The notes: generated by a model not told the origin, from the letters alone. A DNA stretch of 64,000 nt from Microbacter sp. (GCA_049976245.1 JBMFIQ010000001.1:1265-65264), one strand, 5' to 3'. Positions 39,771 to 49,972 are shown, counted from the stretch's first letter. Numbers and translations: made by a program.

Positions 39771-42143
39771 ATGCAACCTCAGTCAAACTCAAAACCTGCG
39801 AATAAAAATGAAGAGATTGATATCGTAGAGTTATTGTTGTTTTATTTATCAAAATGGCGTTATTTTGTCATAGCCATCGTTGCTTGCATGGTTTTAGCCG
39901 TTGTTTACTTAAAGGTGGCAACCCCTAAATATCAGGTTAATGGAGCTATTTTGCTACGGACATCCGATAAAAACGATATCACTTCTCAACTTTCTCAATT
40001 GGGAGATTTTGGTTTGAATTTAGGCCAAAAGCAGGCCTCGGATGAAATTTATGTTATAAAATCTGAGCGTTTGATAGGTAAAATGATTACAAAACTGGGT
40101 TTACAGACACAATATTATATCCGTAAAGGATTAAAATATCAAGAACAATATCCGGTTCCTTCAATTAGTGTCACCATTCCTCAGTCATTGCTTGACAGTT
40201 TGTTGGAGCCGATAGAGATGACGATTACAAAAAAAGAAGATGTTTACCGAATCGATGCAGTTTATAAAAAGGAAAATAAAGAATTATACCATTGCATTAT
40301 CCGCCAAATCAACGGAAGCTATGTTACGCCATGGGGTAATATCACTTTTCAACAAAATAAACCAATGGAAGATGGGGATAAAATGAAAGTCATTATTTCT
40401 CCGTTGTCGAATCAAATTGAAGTATACGAAAAGGCTCTTTCGATTACTTTAGCACAGCGTGAATCGAACGTAATCAATCTGTCCATTGTGGTGGCCAATA
40501 AAATGAAAGGAAGAGATATTATCAATGCAATGATTTCGTTGTATAATCAGGATGCATTGAATGATAAAAATTTAATGGCAGCTCGGACGGCGGAGTTTGT
40601 AGATGAGCGTTTGAAAAAAATTACGAATGAACTGTCAACGGTTGAAAGTCAGGTTGAAGCTTATAAGGTTAGTCATAATTTGGTGGATATTCCGGCTCAG
40701 GCTCAAATGATATTGACCTCAGCCAATGAATATCAAAAGCAACTTGCTTCCATTGAAATTCAGTTAAACGGTGTGGATTGGGTTGAACAACAATTGCTTA
40801 GTCCCAAGACACAATATGCACTTATCCCGGCTAATTTGGGCATAGAAGACAAAGGTTTGATGGGTATTATTGCCGGTTATGATGATTTGTTGATGCAGCG
40901 GTTACGTCTTTTACGATCGACCAATCAGGACAATCCTGTGTTACAACAGTTAGAAACGCAAATCAAAATGACTCGTTCCAATATTTTGGCAAGTATTAAA
41001 AACGTACGTGAAGGGTTGACTATTACCAAAAATGACATCATTAAAAAGAATAATTCGTATTTAGCCAAAATTGATCAGGTACCTTCGATTGAACGGCAAT
41101 ACACTGAAATTAAACGGCAACAGGAAATCAAACAAAGTCTCTATCTTTTCTTATTGCAAAAGAGGGAAGAAAATGCATTATCGTTGGCCGCTGCCGTTTC
41201 TTCGACCAAAGTGGTTGATCCCGCTTTTGTTTCGCCTTTGCCTGTTTCTCCAAAACGAAACCTTGTGCTCATTGGGGCTTTTCTTCTTGCTATTTTCTTA
41301 ACCATTGGCTATTTGTATGTTTATGGTTTGATTCATAATAAAATCATTTCGCGCAAAGAAATTGAGAAAATGACATCGATCCCCATTCTGGGAGAAGTGG
41401 GTATTTTCAAAGGTGATGAAAGAATTTTGGTAAAAGAGGGATCAAATTCTAAATTTTCCGAAATGTTTAGAATGATTCGAACCAATCTGAATTTCTTATT
41501 GGCTGCAGAACAAGGGAAACGTGTATTGGTGACATCCAGCATTTCGGGGGAAGGGAAAACGGTGATTGCCATTAATCTTGCTCTTTCTTTTGCCATGTTG
41601 GGAAAGAAAGTGATTGTGGTGGGGATGGATGTTCGTGTTCCTCGTTTGGCTGGTTATACTCATTTGAAAGTAGATGGAGGCGTTACGAATTTTCTGATGG
41701 ATTCATCCATTGCTTTGGAATCTTTGATCTTTTCATCTGTCATTCATCCAAATTTATCTATTTTGCAGTCCGGACCTATACCTCCCAATCCGACTGAACT
41801 GTTAATGACTTCGAGGGTCGAGGAGTTGTTTGATCAATTGGACAGCATGTATGACATCATCATTGTTGATTCGGCGCCTGTGGGATTGGTGGCTGATACC
41901 TTCTCCTTGAATCGTGTTGCCAATGCGGTTGTGTTCGTTTGTCGTCAAGATGTTACTCCGAAACATTATATCAATCATTTGCATCAGTTGGAGCAACAGA
42001 AGCAGTTGAATAATGTAGGCATTGTGCTGAATGGGGTTGATATGAAAGCGGGTTATGGTTATCGTTATGGATATGGTGCGGTCGGGTACGATGAGAAAAA
42101 GAAAAAGAAGAAAAAAGCATCTTCCATATTGAAAAAAATCTAA
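39771..42143 (+). CDS. wzc: polysaccharide co-polymerase / tyrosine autokinase (Wzc-like)
   Basis: 790-aa ORF with a Wzz domain containing two TM helices and a coiled coil, Walker A (SSISGEGKT), Walker B (IIIVDSAPVG) and a C-terminal Tyr cluster (GYGYRYGYGAVGY). Confidence 0.88.
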   Translation: MQPQSNSKPANKNEEIDIVELLLFYLSKWRYFVIAIVACMVLAVVYLKVATPKYQVNGAILLRTSDKNDITSQLSQLGDFGLNLGQKQASDEIYVIKSERLIGKMITKLGLQTQYYIRKGLKYQEQYPVPSISVTIPQSLLDSLLEPIEMTITKKEDVYRIDAVYKKENKELYHCIIRQINGSYVTPWGNITFQQNKPMEDGDKMKVIISPLSNQIEVYEKALSITLAQRESNVINLSIVVANKMKGRDIINAMISLYNQDALNDKNLMAARTAEFVDERLKKITNELSTVESQVEAYKVSHNLVDIPAQAQMILTSANEYQKQLASIEIQLNGVDWVEQQLLSPKTQYALIPANLGIEDKGLMGIIAGYDDLLMQRLRLLRSTNQDNPVLQQLETQIKMTRSNILASIKNVREGLTITKNDIIKKNNSYLAKIDQVPSIERQYTEIKRQQEIKQSLYLFLLQKREENALSLAAAVSSTKVVDPAFVSPLPVSPKRNLVLIGAFLLAIFLTIGYLYVYGLIHNKIISRKEIEKMTSIPILGEVGIFKGDERILVKEGSNSKFSEMFRMIRTNLNFLLAAEQGKRVLVTSSISGEGKTVIAINLALSFAMLGKKVIVVGMDVRVPRLAGYTHLKVDGGVTNFLMDSSIALESLIFSSVIHPNLSILQSGPIPPNPTELLMTSRVEELFDQLDSMYDIIIVDSAPVGLVADTFSLNRVANAVVFVCRQDVTPKHYINHLHQLEQQKQLNNVGIVLNGVDMKAGYGYRYGYGAVGYDEKKKKKKKASSILKKI

Positions 42144-42175
42144 AAAAAGTGGACTTTTACAGTCCATTGTTTTGT
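42141..42175. terminator. bidirectional terminator between wzc and convergent cobB
   Basis: The GTGGACT (42148-54) / AGTCCAT (42160-66) stem has an A-run before it and TTGTTTTG after it. Confidence 0.5.
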
Positions 42176-42192
42176 GCTTTGAATGGCTGATA

Positions 42193-42891
42193 TTATAGCA
42201 TGGCATTTTTGATGATGATTTTCGCCTCAAAGATTCCTGAAGATGCCGGTTTGGGGATGACATGCAAGGGATGATTGGTGTAAAGAGATACCGGTTTCGG
42301 GTCAATGAGCAAAATCGGGATGGTGGGTTGAAGATACTGAATGAGGCCTGCTGCGGGATATACATTCATGGAGGTACCTACGATGAGAAACATATCAGCT
42401 TTTCTTGTCAGTTCAATGGCTGCTTCAATGGCAGGCACCGGTTCTCCAAACCATACAACAAAAGGCCTTAATTGGCATCCTTTGGGACAAAGATCACCTA
42501 TTTGAATGTACGGTTCATTGTCCGACAAGGTCTTAATGTAATGAGGATCACACGAGGAACAGACTTTGTTGAGCTCGCCATGCAGGTGCAGCACTTTTTT
42601 GCTTCCCGCTTTTTCGTGTAAGTTGTCAATGTTTTGAGTGATGATTTCAACGTCACAAAAACTCTCCAATTGAGCTAACCCAAGATGTCCTTGATTGGGT
42701 TTGGCATGACGAAGTTCTTCTCTTCGGGCAGCATAAAAGCTTAACACCAAAGCAGGATTGGCATTCCAACCTTCTGGGCTTGCTACTTCTTCAATTCGAT
42801 ATGAATTCCATAGTCCGCCGGAATCGCGAAAAGTTCGAATGCCGCTTTCGGCGCTAATGCCTGCGCCGGTTAGAACTACCAGTCGCTTCAT
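42193..42891 (-). CDS. cobB: NAD-dependent protein deacylase (Sir2 family)
   Basis: 232-aa ORF with VLTGAGISAESGI.TFR, QNIDNLH, and a Zn motif with two Cys pairs. Confidence 0.9.
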   Translation of the reverse strand: MKRLVVLTGAGISAESGIRTFRDSGGLWNSYRIEEVASPEGWNANPALVLSFYAARREELRHAKPNQGHLGLAQLESFCDVEIITQNIDNLHEKAGSKKVLHLHGELNKVCSSCDPHYIKTLSDNEPYIQIGDLCPKGCQLRPFVVWFGEPVPAIEAAIELTRKADMFLIVGTSMNVYPAAGLIQYLQPTIPILLIDPKPVSLYTNHPLHVIPKPASSGIFEAKIIIKNAML

Positions 42892-43041
42892 CTTTTAGTC
42901 CTGTTTGATTTGAGAAAAAAGTTATTGGTTTTATCAGATGCTGCATCATTGTGGTGAACGATGATTAGCATGTGAATCGTCTTTTTTGGTCTTGGTTCCT
43001 TTTACTCTTTTTGCCTCATACGAACAATGTTCCCATGATCA

Positions 43042-44214
43042 TCATTTTTCATCGTGCGTGGCTTCACGATAATTGACCAAAGGATTTGCATAGATTTCAA
43101 GCATTTTTTGCTTTAGGAACGAAACATCTTTGCCGGGCAGATCAATCTTTTCAATTTGATGATGGACATATTCCTGAAATTGCTGTTTTTCTGTTTCGGA
43201 ATATCCGCCTTCGGCTTGATCTGGGAATAATATGTCGAAAGCAATGTGATTGACAGGATAGATGTGATAATTGCTGTGAATGATATGGTCAATTTGTTTT
43301 GCCAATGTTTCAAATTGCGTGGCACGAGGCAGATGTTGAAGTGCTGCCAAGTCAATTTTTAATTCATTGCCAATGACATACACAATGTTGCCTTTAAATC
43401 CGTGAATGCCGGTTTTCATGCTGATTAGGTCATCGGAAGCTGATTTTGAGAAGCAAGGATCATCTCGTCGCTGTTGCATTTCTTTGGCTTTTAAGAAATC
43501 GCACGGATCGTATTCGTACGAGATGGTCAGCGGGCAAATGGGAATAGAAGCCAGATTTTCAATCGGAGTTTTGTCTCCGGTCATTGCAATCATTTTTAAG
43601 AGACTTTCCTGAGTTCGATCGTTGCTATCTTTTGCTCTTCCTTCGCGTTGTGCCATCCAAACGGATTGATGTTTTTGAAGAATGGCATAATGAATGTAAG
43701 CTGAAAGGTGACGGGATGCTTCCAATTGTTCTTTCCCGCGTAAGCCGCGTTTCACAATGAAGCTTTTGTTGAGTCGAACAAAGGTTTCAATCCATTTTTC
43801 TACGAGTAAATTGTCTCCAACAGCCACTTCGACGGTGTCAAAGCCCGCATCAAGAAGTTTAATGCACAGAAAAGAGGCATCCAAAGTGATGTCCCGATGA
43901 TTGGAGAGAAAGAGATAATTTTTCGTTTTGCTTAAATGCTCGCTGCCTTCAAGTCGAATGCCGTGTGTGGTTTTTAATTCCAAGTCAGTTAAAAAAGGAT
44001 AAGCAATTTTCGATTGAAATTCCGAGACATTTTTGATGCTGCGAAACAAAGAGGTCATCAATGTCAACTGTTCTCCAGGAAAAAGAAATGCGAGAATCCT
44101 GATGAATTTTGGTTCGGAGAGTAATTGACTGATTGCTTGAGGAACATCTTGTTCGGTTAAGGGCGCAATGTCATCGAATGGTGAAAGTGAAACATTCATT
44201 GTTGAAACAATCAT
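43042..44214 (-). CDS. PlsC-family glycerolipid acyltransferase-like protein
   Basis: 390-aa ORF with an HX4D-type acyltransferase motif (NHRDITLD) and a later EGRAKD block. The substrate is unknown. Confidence 0.6.
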   Translation of the reverse strand: MIVSTMNVSLSPFDDIAPLTEQDVPQAISQLLSEPKFIRILAFLFPGEQLTLMTSLFRSIKNVSEFQSKIAYPFLTDLELKTTHGIRLEGSEHLSKTKNYLFLSNHRDITLDASFLCIKLLDAGFDTVEVAVGDNLLVEKWIETFVRLNKSFIVKRGLRGKEQLEASRHLSAYIHYAILQKHQSVWMAQREGRAKDSNDRTQESLLKMIAMTGDKTPIENLASIPICPLTISYEYDPCDFLKAKEMQQRRDDPCFSKSASDDLISMKTGIHGFKGNIVYVIGNELKIDLAALQHLPRATQFETLAKQIDHIIHSNYHIYPVNHIAFDILFPDQAEGGYSETEKQQFQEYVHHQIEKIDLPGKDVSFLKQKMLEIYANPLVNYREATHDEK

Positions 44215-44326
44215 TTTTTATTCAATGATTACAAAGATACAATTTTATCAAATAGAACGGATCGGGTTTCAATCGTTTTTATTTTATTTACTTCGTTTGG
44301 GAGTCAAGTTATTTTTGAAAAAACCG

Positions 44327-44334
44327 TATCTTTG
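44327..44334 (+). promoter_or_regulatory. -7 box (TATCTTTG) upstream of tsaD
   Basis: TAnnTTTG 30 nt upstream of ATG 44364. Confidence 0.5.
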
Positions 44335-44363
44335 TTTTCAAATTGTTTGATCAACACAAGGTT

Positions 44364-45386
44364 ATGAGAACGTTAATTTTGGGTATTGAATCTTCATGTG
44401 ACGACACATCGGCTGCGGTGATTGAAGATGGTGTATTGCTTTCCAATGTCATTGCCAATCAGGATGTGCATAAAAGATACGGAGGTGTTGTTCCTGAGTT
44501 GGCTTCGCGGGCACATCAACAAAACATGATTCCTGTTGTTTATGAAGCATTGAAACAGGCCGATGTGAATCCGTCTCAATTAAGCGCCATTGCTTTTACG
44601 AGAGGTCCCGGATTGATGGGCTCTTTGTTGGTTGGTACATCGTTTGCTAAGGGGCTGTCGATGGCTCTTCAAATTCCCTTGATTGATGTCAATCATCTCC
44701 AAGGTCATGTGTTGGCTCATTTCATTCGGGAAAGAGATGTTCCATTTCATCCGCCGGCATTCCCTTTTCTCTGTTTACTTGTTTCGGGCGGAAATTCTCA
44801 GATTGTGCTGGTGAAATCCTATTCAGACATGGAAATTATAGGCCAAACCATTGATGATGCTGCCGGAGAGGCTTTTGATAAATGCGCTAAGGTCATTGGA
44901 TTGCCTTATCCCGGCGGACCTCACATTGATCGTTTGGCCAAAGAGGGTGATCCACACGCTTTCACTTTCAGCAAGCCACAAATGAAAGGTTACGATTACA
45001 GTTTCAGTGGCCTGAAGACGTCATTTCTTTATACCGTTCGCGATCGATTGAAAAATAATCCCGCGTTTATGGAGGAGCATAAACATGATTTATGTGCATC
45101 ATTGCAATACACCATCATTGAAATACTGATGGAAAAAGTCAGAAAGGCGGCTTTCGATTTAAACATTTCGGATGTAGCCGTAGCCGGAGGTGTTTCGGCC
45201 AATTCCGGCTTGCGAAATGCTTTTCTTGAACATGCTCAAAAATGTGGTTGGAATGTGTTTATCCCAAAATTTGCTTTTACCACCGATAACGCTGCCATGA
45301 TTGCTATTTCCGGGTACTATAAGTTTCTAAATCATCAGTTTGCGGATATTTCTTTGCCTCCTTTTTCGAAAACAACCATTGAGTAG
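44364..45386 (+). CDS. tsaD: tRNA N6-adenosine threonylcarbamoyltransferase
   Basis: ORF track 44343..45386. The likely start is ATG 44364 (MRTLILGIESSCDDTSAAV). HxxxH metal motif (HLQGHVLAH) present. Confidence 0.93.
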   Translation: MRTLILGIESSCDDTSAAVIEDGVLLSNVIANQDVHKRYGGVVPELASRAHQQNMIPVVYEALKQADVNPSQLSAIAFTRGPGLMGSLLVGTSFAKGLSMALQIPLIDVNHLQGHVLAHFIRERDVPFHPPAFPFLCLLVSGGNSQIVLVKSYSDMEIIGQTIDDAAGEAFDKCAKVIGLPYPGGPHIDRLAKEGDPHAFTFSKPQMKGYDYSFSGLKTSFLYTVRDRLKNNPAFMEEHKHDLCASLQYTIIEILMEKVRKAAFDLNISDVAVAGGVSANSGLRNAFLEHAQKCGWNVFIPKFAFTTDNAAMIAISGYYKFLNHQFADISLPPFSKTTIE

Positions 45387-45442
45387 AAAACGCATTGCGA
45401 CGATGGGACTGCGCAAACGTTAAGAACATGTCTCTTTGTTCC

Positions 45443-45475
45443 TTCTCAGAATAGGCTCTTTATGGCTCGTTTCAT
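45443..45475 (-). repeat. partial copy of the ~90-nt repeat (5' third, inverted orientation)
   Basis: TTCTCAGAATAGGCTCTTTATGGCTCGTTTCAT aligns with copy C (TTCTTGAGCATAAGCTCTTTTTATGGCTCGTTTCAT). It abuts the -7 box of the response-regulator gene. Confidence 0.55.
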
Positions 45476-45477
45476 AT

Positions 45478-45485
45478 TATCTTTG
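45478..45485 (+). promoter_or_regulatory. -7 box (TATCTTTG) for the OmpR-type two-component operon
   Basis: TAnnTTTG 27 nt upstream of ATG 45512. Confidence 0.5.
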
Positions 45486-45511
45486 TATCAATAAGTTTAT
45501 CATTGACGAGT

Positions 45512-46192
45512 ATGGAAAACAAGTATTCACTCTTAGTGGTGGAAGATGAACCGGATATTTGTGAAATTTTACAATTTAATCTGGAACATGAAGGTTATCA
45601 TGTAGATGTCGCCAATTCTGCCGAAGAGGCTTTAAAGAAGAATTTGAATGAATACCATCTTTTTCTGTTGGACATCATGATGGGTCAAATGAATGGGTTG
45701 AGTTTGGCAAAATTGTTGAAAAGCAGAGAAGACACAAAGCATATTCCGGTGATTTTTTTAACGGCTCGTTTAACCGAACAGGATATGTTGCGTGGATTTG
45801 AAACGGGAGCTGACGATTACATTGTTAAACCGTTTTCGGTCAAAGTAGTTGCTGCACGCATTAAGGCAGTGATTAATAGGGCAATAAAAATTTCCGAAGA
45901 TCATGTTGTCAGTTTTAAAACTTTGTCGCTTGATTTGAAAAGTAAAAAAGCATTGCTGAACGATCAGGAAGTGGTGTTGACCAAAACCGAATTTGAACTT
46001 TTGGCGTTGTTTTTGCAAAATCCCACGAAGGTGTTTTCACGCGACGTCATTTTACAGGAAGTTTGGGCTAATGATGTGTTTGTCACCGATCGAACCGTCG
46101 ATGTTCACATCACCCGTTTACGAAAGAAAATTGCTCCTTACGGTAAGAATATTGTGACACGGTCGGGTTACGGATACTGTTTTATGGGTTGA
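45512..46192 (+). CDS. OmpR/PhoB-family response regulator
   Basis: ORF track 45503..46192 (TTG start). The likely start is ATG 45512 (MENKYSLLVVEDEPDI). It has a receiver Asp (LFLLDIMM) and a winged-helix C-terminus (TRLRKKI...GYGY). Confidence 0.9.
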   Translation: MENKYSLLVVEDEPDICEILQFNLEHEGYHVDVANSAEEALKKNLNEYHLFLLDIMMGQMNGLSLAKLLKSREDTKHIPVIFLTARLTEQDMLRGFETGADDYIVKPFSVKVVAARIKAVINRAIKISEDHVVSFKTLSLDLKSKKALLNDQEVVLTKTEFELLALFLQNPTKVFSRDVILQEVWANDVFVTDRTVDVHITRLRKKIAPYGKNIVTRSGYGYCFMG

Positions 46193-46211
46193 ATTTTCTC
46201 ATTTATCTTAA

Positions 46212-47483
46212 TTGCTTCAATCATTGAAAAGAAAATTATTCTTTTATTATCTCTTGCTTTTTCTGACATTTGCCATTGCCGTATTGGCTTTTCAATATCA
46301 TCGGGAAAAGCGATACAAGGCCAATTCGTTGGATACCATTTTGAATGATACCAACGAAATGGTTTACCACTATTTGTCTCTTCATCATGATTCATTGATT
46401 CGGCTTGATTCCCTCATTGCGCTTTTCCCGTATAAAGATCAGCGAATCACCGTTATACGCCCTAACGGACAAGTGATTTATGACAATGTCGTAAGTCATG
46501 TTGAACAAATGGAAAATCACTTGATGCGTCCTGAGATCATCATGGCAACACATAAAGGCAACGGGTCGGATATTCGCACTTCCAAAACGACCGGCAGACG
46601 GTATTACTATCATGCTTCCCGTTTTAACGGTTATTACGTGCGTTCCGCTTTGCCATACAATGTGACGGTGATGTCGTTGCTTTCTCCCGATAATCTTTAT
46701 TTTTATTTTTGGATTATGCTGATCTTTCTGGTAACTGCTTTTTTGTTTTACTTTTCCAATCGTTTCAATGCACAGATGATTCAATCGCAGTCGGAGCGTG
46801 ATGCCGCCATTCGACGTAAATTGACACATCAAATTGCTCATGAGCTAAAAACGCCATTGAGCAGTGTCATAGGATACATGGAAACATTGTACGACAATCC
46901 CGATTTGCCTTCTGATAAGCAGCAATTTTTTATTCAACGAAGCTATGCTCAGGCCCAAAGACTCAATCAACTTTTGCAGGATATCTTGTTGCTGAATGAA
47001 TTAAATGAGGCGCCACAAACCATTGAAATGGAGTTGATTTGTATCAATCCATTGATTGAACAGGTTCTTCAGGATGTTTCTCTGAAACTTGAACAAAAAC
47101 AGATGAAAGCGCATGTTGCCGTAGAAAAAGAAATTTGGATTCATGCCAATTCGATGTTGGTTTATTCCATTTTCAGAAATCTACTTGACAATGCCATTGC
47201 ATACGCCGGCGAACATGCAACGGTGACCATCGGATTGTCAGGCGAAAATGCCACACATTATCACTTTGTGTTTTTTGATAACGGCATTGGCGTGGACTCG
47301 GAACATTTAAGTCACTTGTTTGATCGTTTCTATCGGGTTGATAAAGGTCGTTCGCGAAAAACAGGCGGCACCGGACTTGGTCTTTCCATTGTCAAAAATG
47401 CAGTCGAGTTGCATTCGGGTTCCATTTCGGTTAAGAATCGTCAGGAAGGAGGATTGGAATTTCATTTTTCGCTGCATAAATAA
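46212..47483 (+). CDS. sensor histidine kinase
   Basis: 423-aa ORF with two TM helices, an H-box (HELKTPLSSV), N-box (NLLDNAIAY) and G-boxes (DNGIGV, GGTGLGLSIV). Confidence 0.9.
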   Translation: MLQSLKRKLFFYYLLLFLTFAIAVLAFQYHREKRYKANSLDTILNDTNEMVYHYLSLHHDSLIRLDSLIALFPYKDQRITVIRPNGQVIYDNVVSHVEQMENHLMRPEIIMATHKGNGSDIRTSKTTGRRYYYHASRFNGYYVRSALPYNVTVMSLLSPDNLYFYFWIMLIFLVTAFLFYFSNRFNAQMIQSQSERDAAIRRKLTHQIAHELKTPLSSVIGYMETLYDNPDLPSDKQQFFIQRSYAQAQRLNQLLQDILLLNELNEAPQTIEMELICINPLIEQVLQDVSLKLEQKQMKAHVAVEKEIWIHANSMLVYSIFRNLLDNAIAYAGEHATVTIGLSGENATHYHFVFFDNGIGVDSEHLSHLFDRFYRVDKGRSRKTGGTGLGLSIVKNAVELHSGSISVKNRQEGGLEFHFSLHK

Positions 47484-47520
47484 ACGGTGCCCATGCCTAT
47501 TCTATCAGCATCTGAAGATC

Positions 47521-49191
47521 TTACGAAAGAAGCGTGCGATAGCGAATCCGTTTTGGACCGGTGTCTCCCAATCTTTTGATTTTGTTTTCTTCGTATTCTG
47601 AATAGGATCCTTCGAAGAAAAACACTTCCGAATTTCCTTCAAAAGCCAGGATATGGGTGCAGATGCGATCCAAAAACCACCGATCGTGTGAAACTACGAC
47701 GGCGCATCCGGCAAAATCCTCTAACCCTTCTTCAATGGCTCGAAGGGTGTTCACGTCGATGTCGTTGGTGGGCTCGTCGAGCAACAACACATTTGCTTCC
47801 GATTTCAGTGTCAACGCCAGTTGAAGGCGATTGCGTTCTCCGCCCGAAAGCATTTTGCAAAGCTTTTCCTGATCGCTTCCCGTGAAATTGAAGCGTGACA
47901 AATAAGCTCGGGCATTGATCTCCTTTCCGCCGATTCGAATCAGATCCATTCCGCCCGAAATGGCTTGATAAACACTTTTCTCTGGGTCAATGTCGGCATG
48001 GAGTTGGTCTGCATAGCCTAATTTCACCGTTTCTCCAATTTCAAAAGTTCCTTTGTCGGGTTTTTCAAGTCCCATAATGAGACGAAAAAGGGTCGTTTTG
48101 CCGGCTCCGTTAGGACCAATGACGCCGACGATTCCGTTTGGCGGGAGCGAAAAGGTGAGGTTGTCAAACAATAATTTATCGCCGTAGGCTTTGCCGACTT
48201 GTTTGGCTTCAATGACTTTATTCCCCAGTCGAGGCCCATTTGGAATGAATATCTCCAATTTTTCTTCACGTTCTTTTAGGTCTTCGTTCAGCAGTCGATC
48301 ATAAGCGGACAAACGAGCCTGACTTTTGGCATGGCGCGCCTTTGGAGCCATTCGCACCCATTCGAGTTCCCGTTCGAGCGTTTTACGCCGTTTGCTTGCT
48401 TGTTTTTCTTCCTGAGCCAAACGCTGTGTTTTTTGTTCCAACCACGATGAATAATTCCCTTTCCACGGGATGCCTTCTCCGCGATCCAACTCAAGAATCC
48501 AACCGGCAACGTTGTCCAAAAAATAACGATCGTGCGTGACGGCAATGACCGTGCCTTCATATTGTTGAAGATGATGTTCGAGCCATTCGATGGATTCGGC
48601 ATCCAGATGGTTAGTTGGTTCGTCGAGCAATAAAATATCCGGTTGTTGCAGTAAAAGTCTGCATAAAGCCACGCGCCGCATTTCACCGCCCGACAAAGTC
48701 TGGATAAGGGCATCCTCCGGCGGACAACGCAAGGCATCCATGGCGCGTTCCAATTTATTGTCAATGTTCCATGCGTCTAAGTGGTCGAGTTTTTCCTGAA
48801 GCTCGCCTTGCCTTGCAATCAAAGCATCGAAGTCGGCATCAGGCTCTGCAAATTTTGCGTTGATGGCTTCAAATTCATTCAACAAATCCATCGTTTCCTG
48901 CACACCTTCTTGCACCGTTTGTTTTACGGTTTTGTTTGGATCTAAATGCGGTTCCTGAGGAAAATATCCCACGGAGTAGCCTGGCGAAAAAATGACCTGC
49001 CCTTCGTAGTTGGTTTCTTCGCCGGCAATGATTCTCATTAAAGTTGATTTCCCTGATCCGTTCAGTCCAATAATGCCAATTTTTGCCCCATAAAAGAAAG
49101 AAAGATAGATGTTTTTAAGTGTTTGTTTTTGAGGAGTAAATGATTTGGTAACTCCCACCATGGAAAAAATAATCTTTTTGTCGTCATTCAT
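47521..49191 (-). CDS. ettA: energy-dependent translational throttle protein EttA (ABC-F)
   Basis: 556-aa ORF with two ABC cassettes (GLNGSGKST, GPNGAGKTT, two LSGGE signatures) and EttA-like length and N-terminus. Confidence 0.9.
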   Translation of the reverse strand: MNDDKKIIFSMVGVTKSFTPQKQTLKNIYLSFFYGAKIGIIGLNGSGKSTLMRIIAGEETNYEGQVIFSPGYSVGYFPQEPHLDPNKTVKQTVQEGVQETMDLLNEFEAINAKFAEPDADFDALIARQGELQEKLDHLDAWNIDNKLERAMDALRCPPEDALIQTLSGGEMRRVALCRLLLQQPDILLLDEPTNHLDAESIEWLEHHLQQYEGTVIAVTHDRYFLDNVAGWILELDRGEGIPWKGNYSSWLEQKTQRLAQEEKQASKRRKTLERELEWVRMAPKARHAKSQARLSAYDRLLNEDLKEREEKLEIFIPNGPRLGNKVIEAKQVGKAYGDKLLFDNLTFSLPPNGIVGVIGPNGAGKTTLFRLIMGLEKPDKGTFEIGETVKLGYADQLHADIDPEKSVYQAISGGMDLIRIGGKEINARAYLSRFNFTGSDQEKLCKMLSGGERNRLQLALTLKSEANVLLLDEPTNDIDVNTLRAIEEGLEDFAGCAVVVSHDRWFLDRICTHILAFEGNSEVFFFEGSYSEYEENKIKRLGDTGPKRIRYRTLLS

Positions 49192-49252
49192 AATGATTCC
49201 ATTTCAAATGATCAAGTGTTTGGCTGTACATGTTTGTGTGGTTTGTTTTCCG

Positions 49253-49260
49253 CAAATTTA
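49253..49260 (-). promoter_or_regulatory. -7 box (TAAATTTG) upstream of ettA
   Basis: TAnnTTTG on the minus strand, 62 nt upstream of the 49191 start. Confidence 0.4.
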
Positions 49261-49926
49261 GTAAATGGTTTTCATACCCTCAAAAAATGCGAATGGCTTT
49301 GCAGCTAATTGAAATAAAAGATCAATAGGGGTTTATTCGTAAGCGTTGATTTTATGATCCATCACCATGAAATGATCCGGATTGGAATGCTTTTTTATTG
49401 GTTGCGGTTTGAGATGACTTTTGTTACAGGTCATCTTTTGTTTCATTATAAACTTCCCGTAAATGCCTTGATGTGGTTACAATCTTTTTATCATTGCTCC
49501 TTCTCCATTTGTTCTCTTGAGACGACTCCCATCATGCGCGTGTAGAACAGAAATGATTTCTTTATGGTAATTGAGATGACCATAAATTGCTAAATACTAT
49601 TTCTAATCAATGCTTATCATTGAAATAATGTAACAATAATGTAATATTTACTTCATATAAATATAACAATTAAATATGATCTTTGATGTAAAATTATCAA
49701 TATAAATGAGATTAAATCAATTTCAATGAATATGTTCAATATCAGTAATATAGTAAAGTTTGCAACAAAGTGATCTCTTGTTAAGAAATTTAATATGCTC
49801 ATAAAAAAGAAAATAAAAAAAATATAGATGATTTTTCAATGGATCTACATGATCTATATTAATATAAAATAACAATAAACCACTTAATAATTAACATAAC
49901 AGATTGAATTGAATATAAATGTTTAC

Positions 49927-49934
49927 TATATTTG
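49927..49934 (+). promoter_or_regulatory. -7 box (TATATTTG) upstream of the T9SS cargo gene
   Basis: TAnnTTTG 39 nt upstream of ATG 49973, at the end of a very AT-rich spacer. Confidence 0.5.
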
Positions 49935-49972
49935 CAAAGTTAAAATTAATATAAATACAATGTATTAACATC

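Noticed and set aside
38956-42143. The wza-wzc pair as the edge of a capsule/EPS biosynthesis island
   Set aside because: proC lies upstream and a convergent cobB downstream, with no adjacent glycosyltransferases, flippase or polymerase. It is just an isolated export pair, and nothing unusual is visible in the sequence.
41802-42365. 187-aa minus-strand ORF spanning the wzc 3' end, the terminator and the cobB 3' end
   Set aside because: It runs antisense or out of frame through two well-supported genes and a terminator hairpin. It is a shadow ORF.
46392-46841. Antisense or alternate-frame ORFs of 100-190 aa inside large genes (for example 46392..46841, 48288..48764, 52802..53200, 59810..60286, 27535..27900, 6745..7167, 3264..3653)
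   Set aside because: All lie within, or spanning the junctions of, confidently assigned genes on the opposite strand or in another frame, and none shows a recognisable motif.
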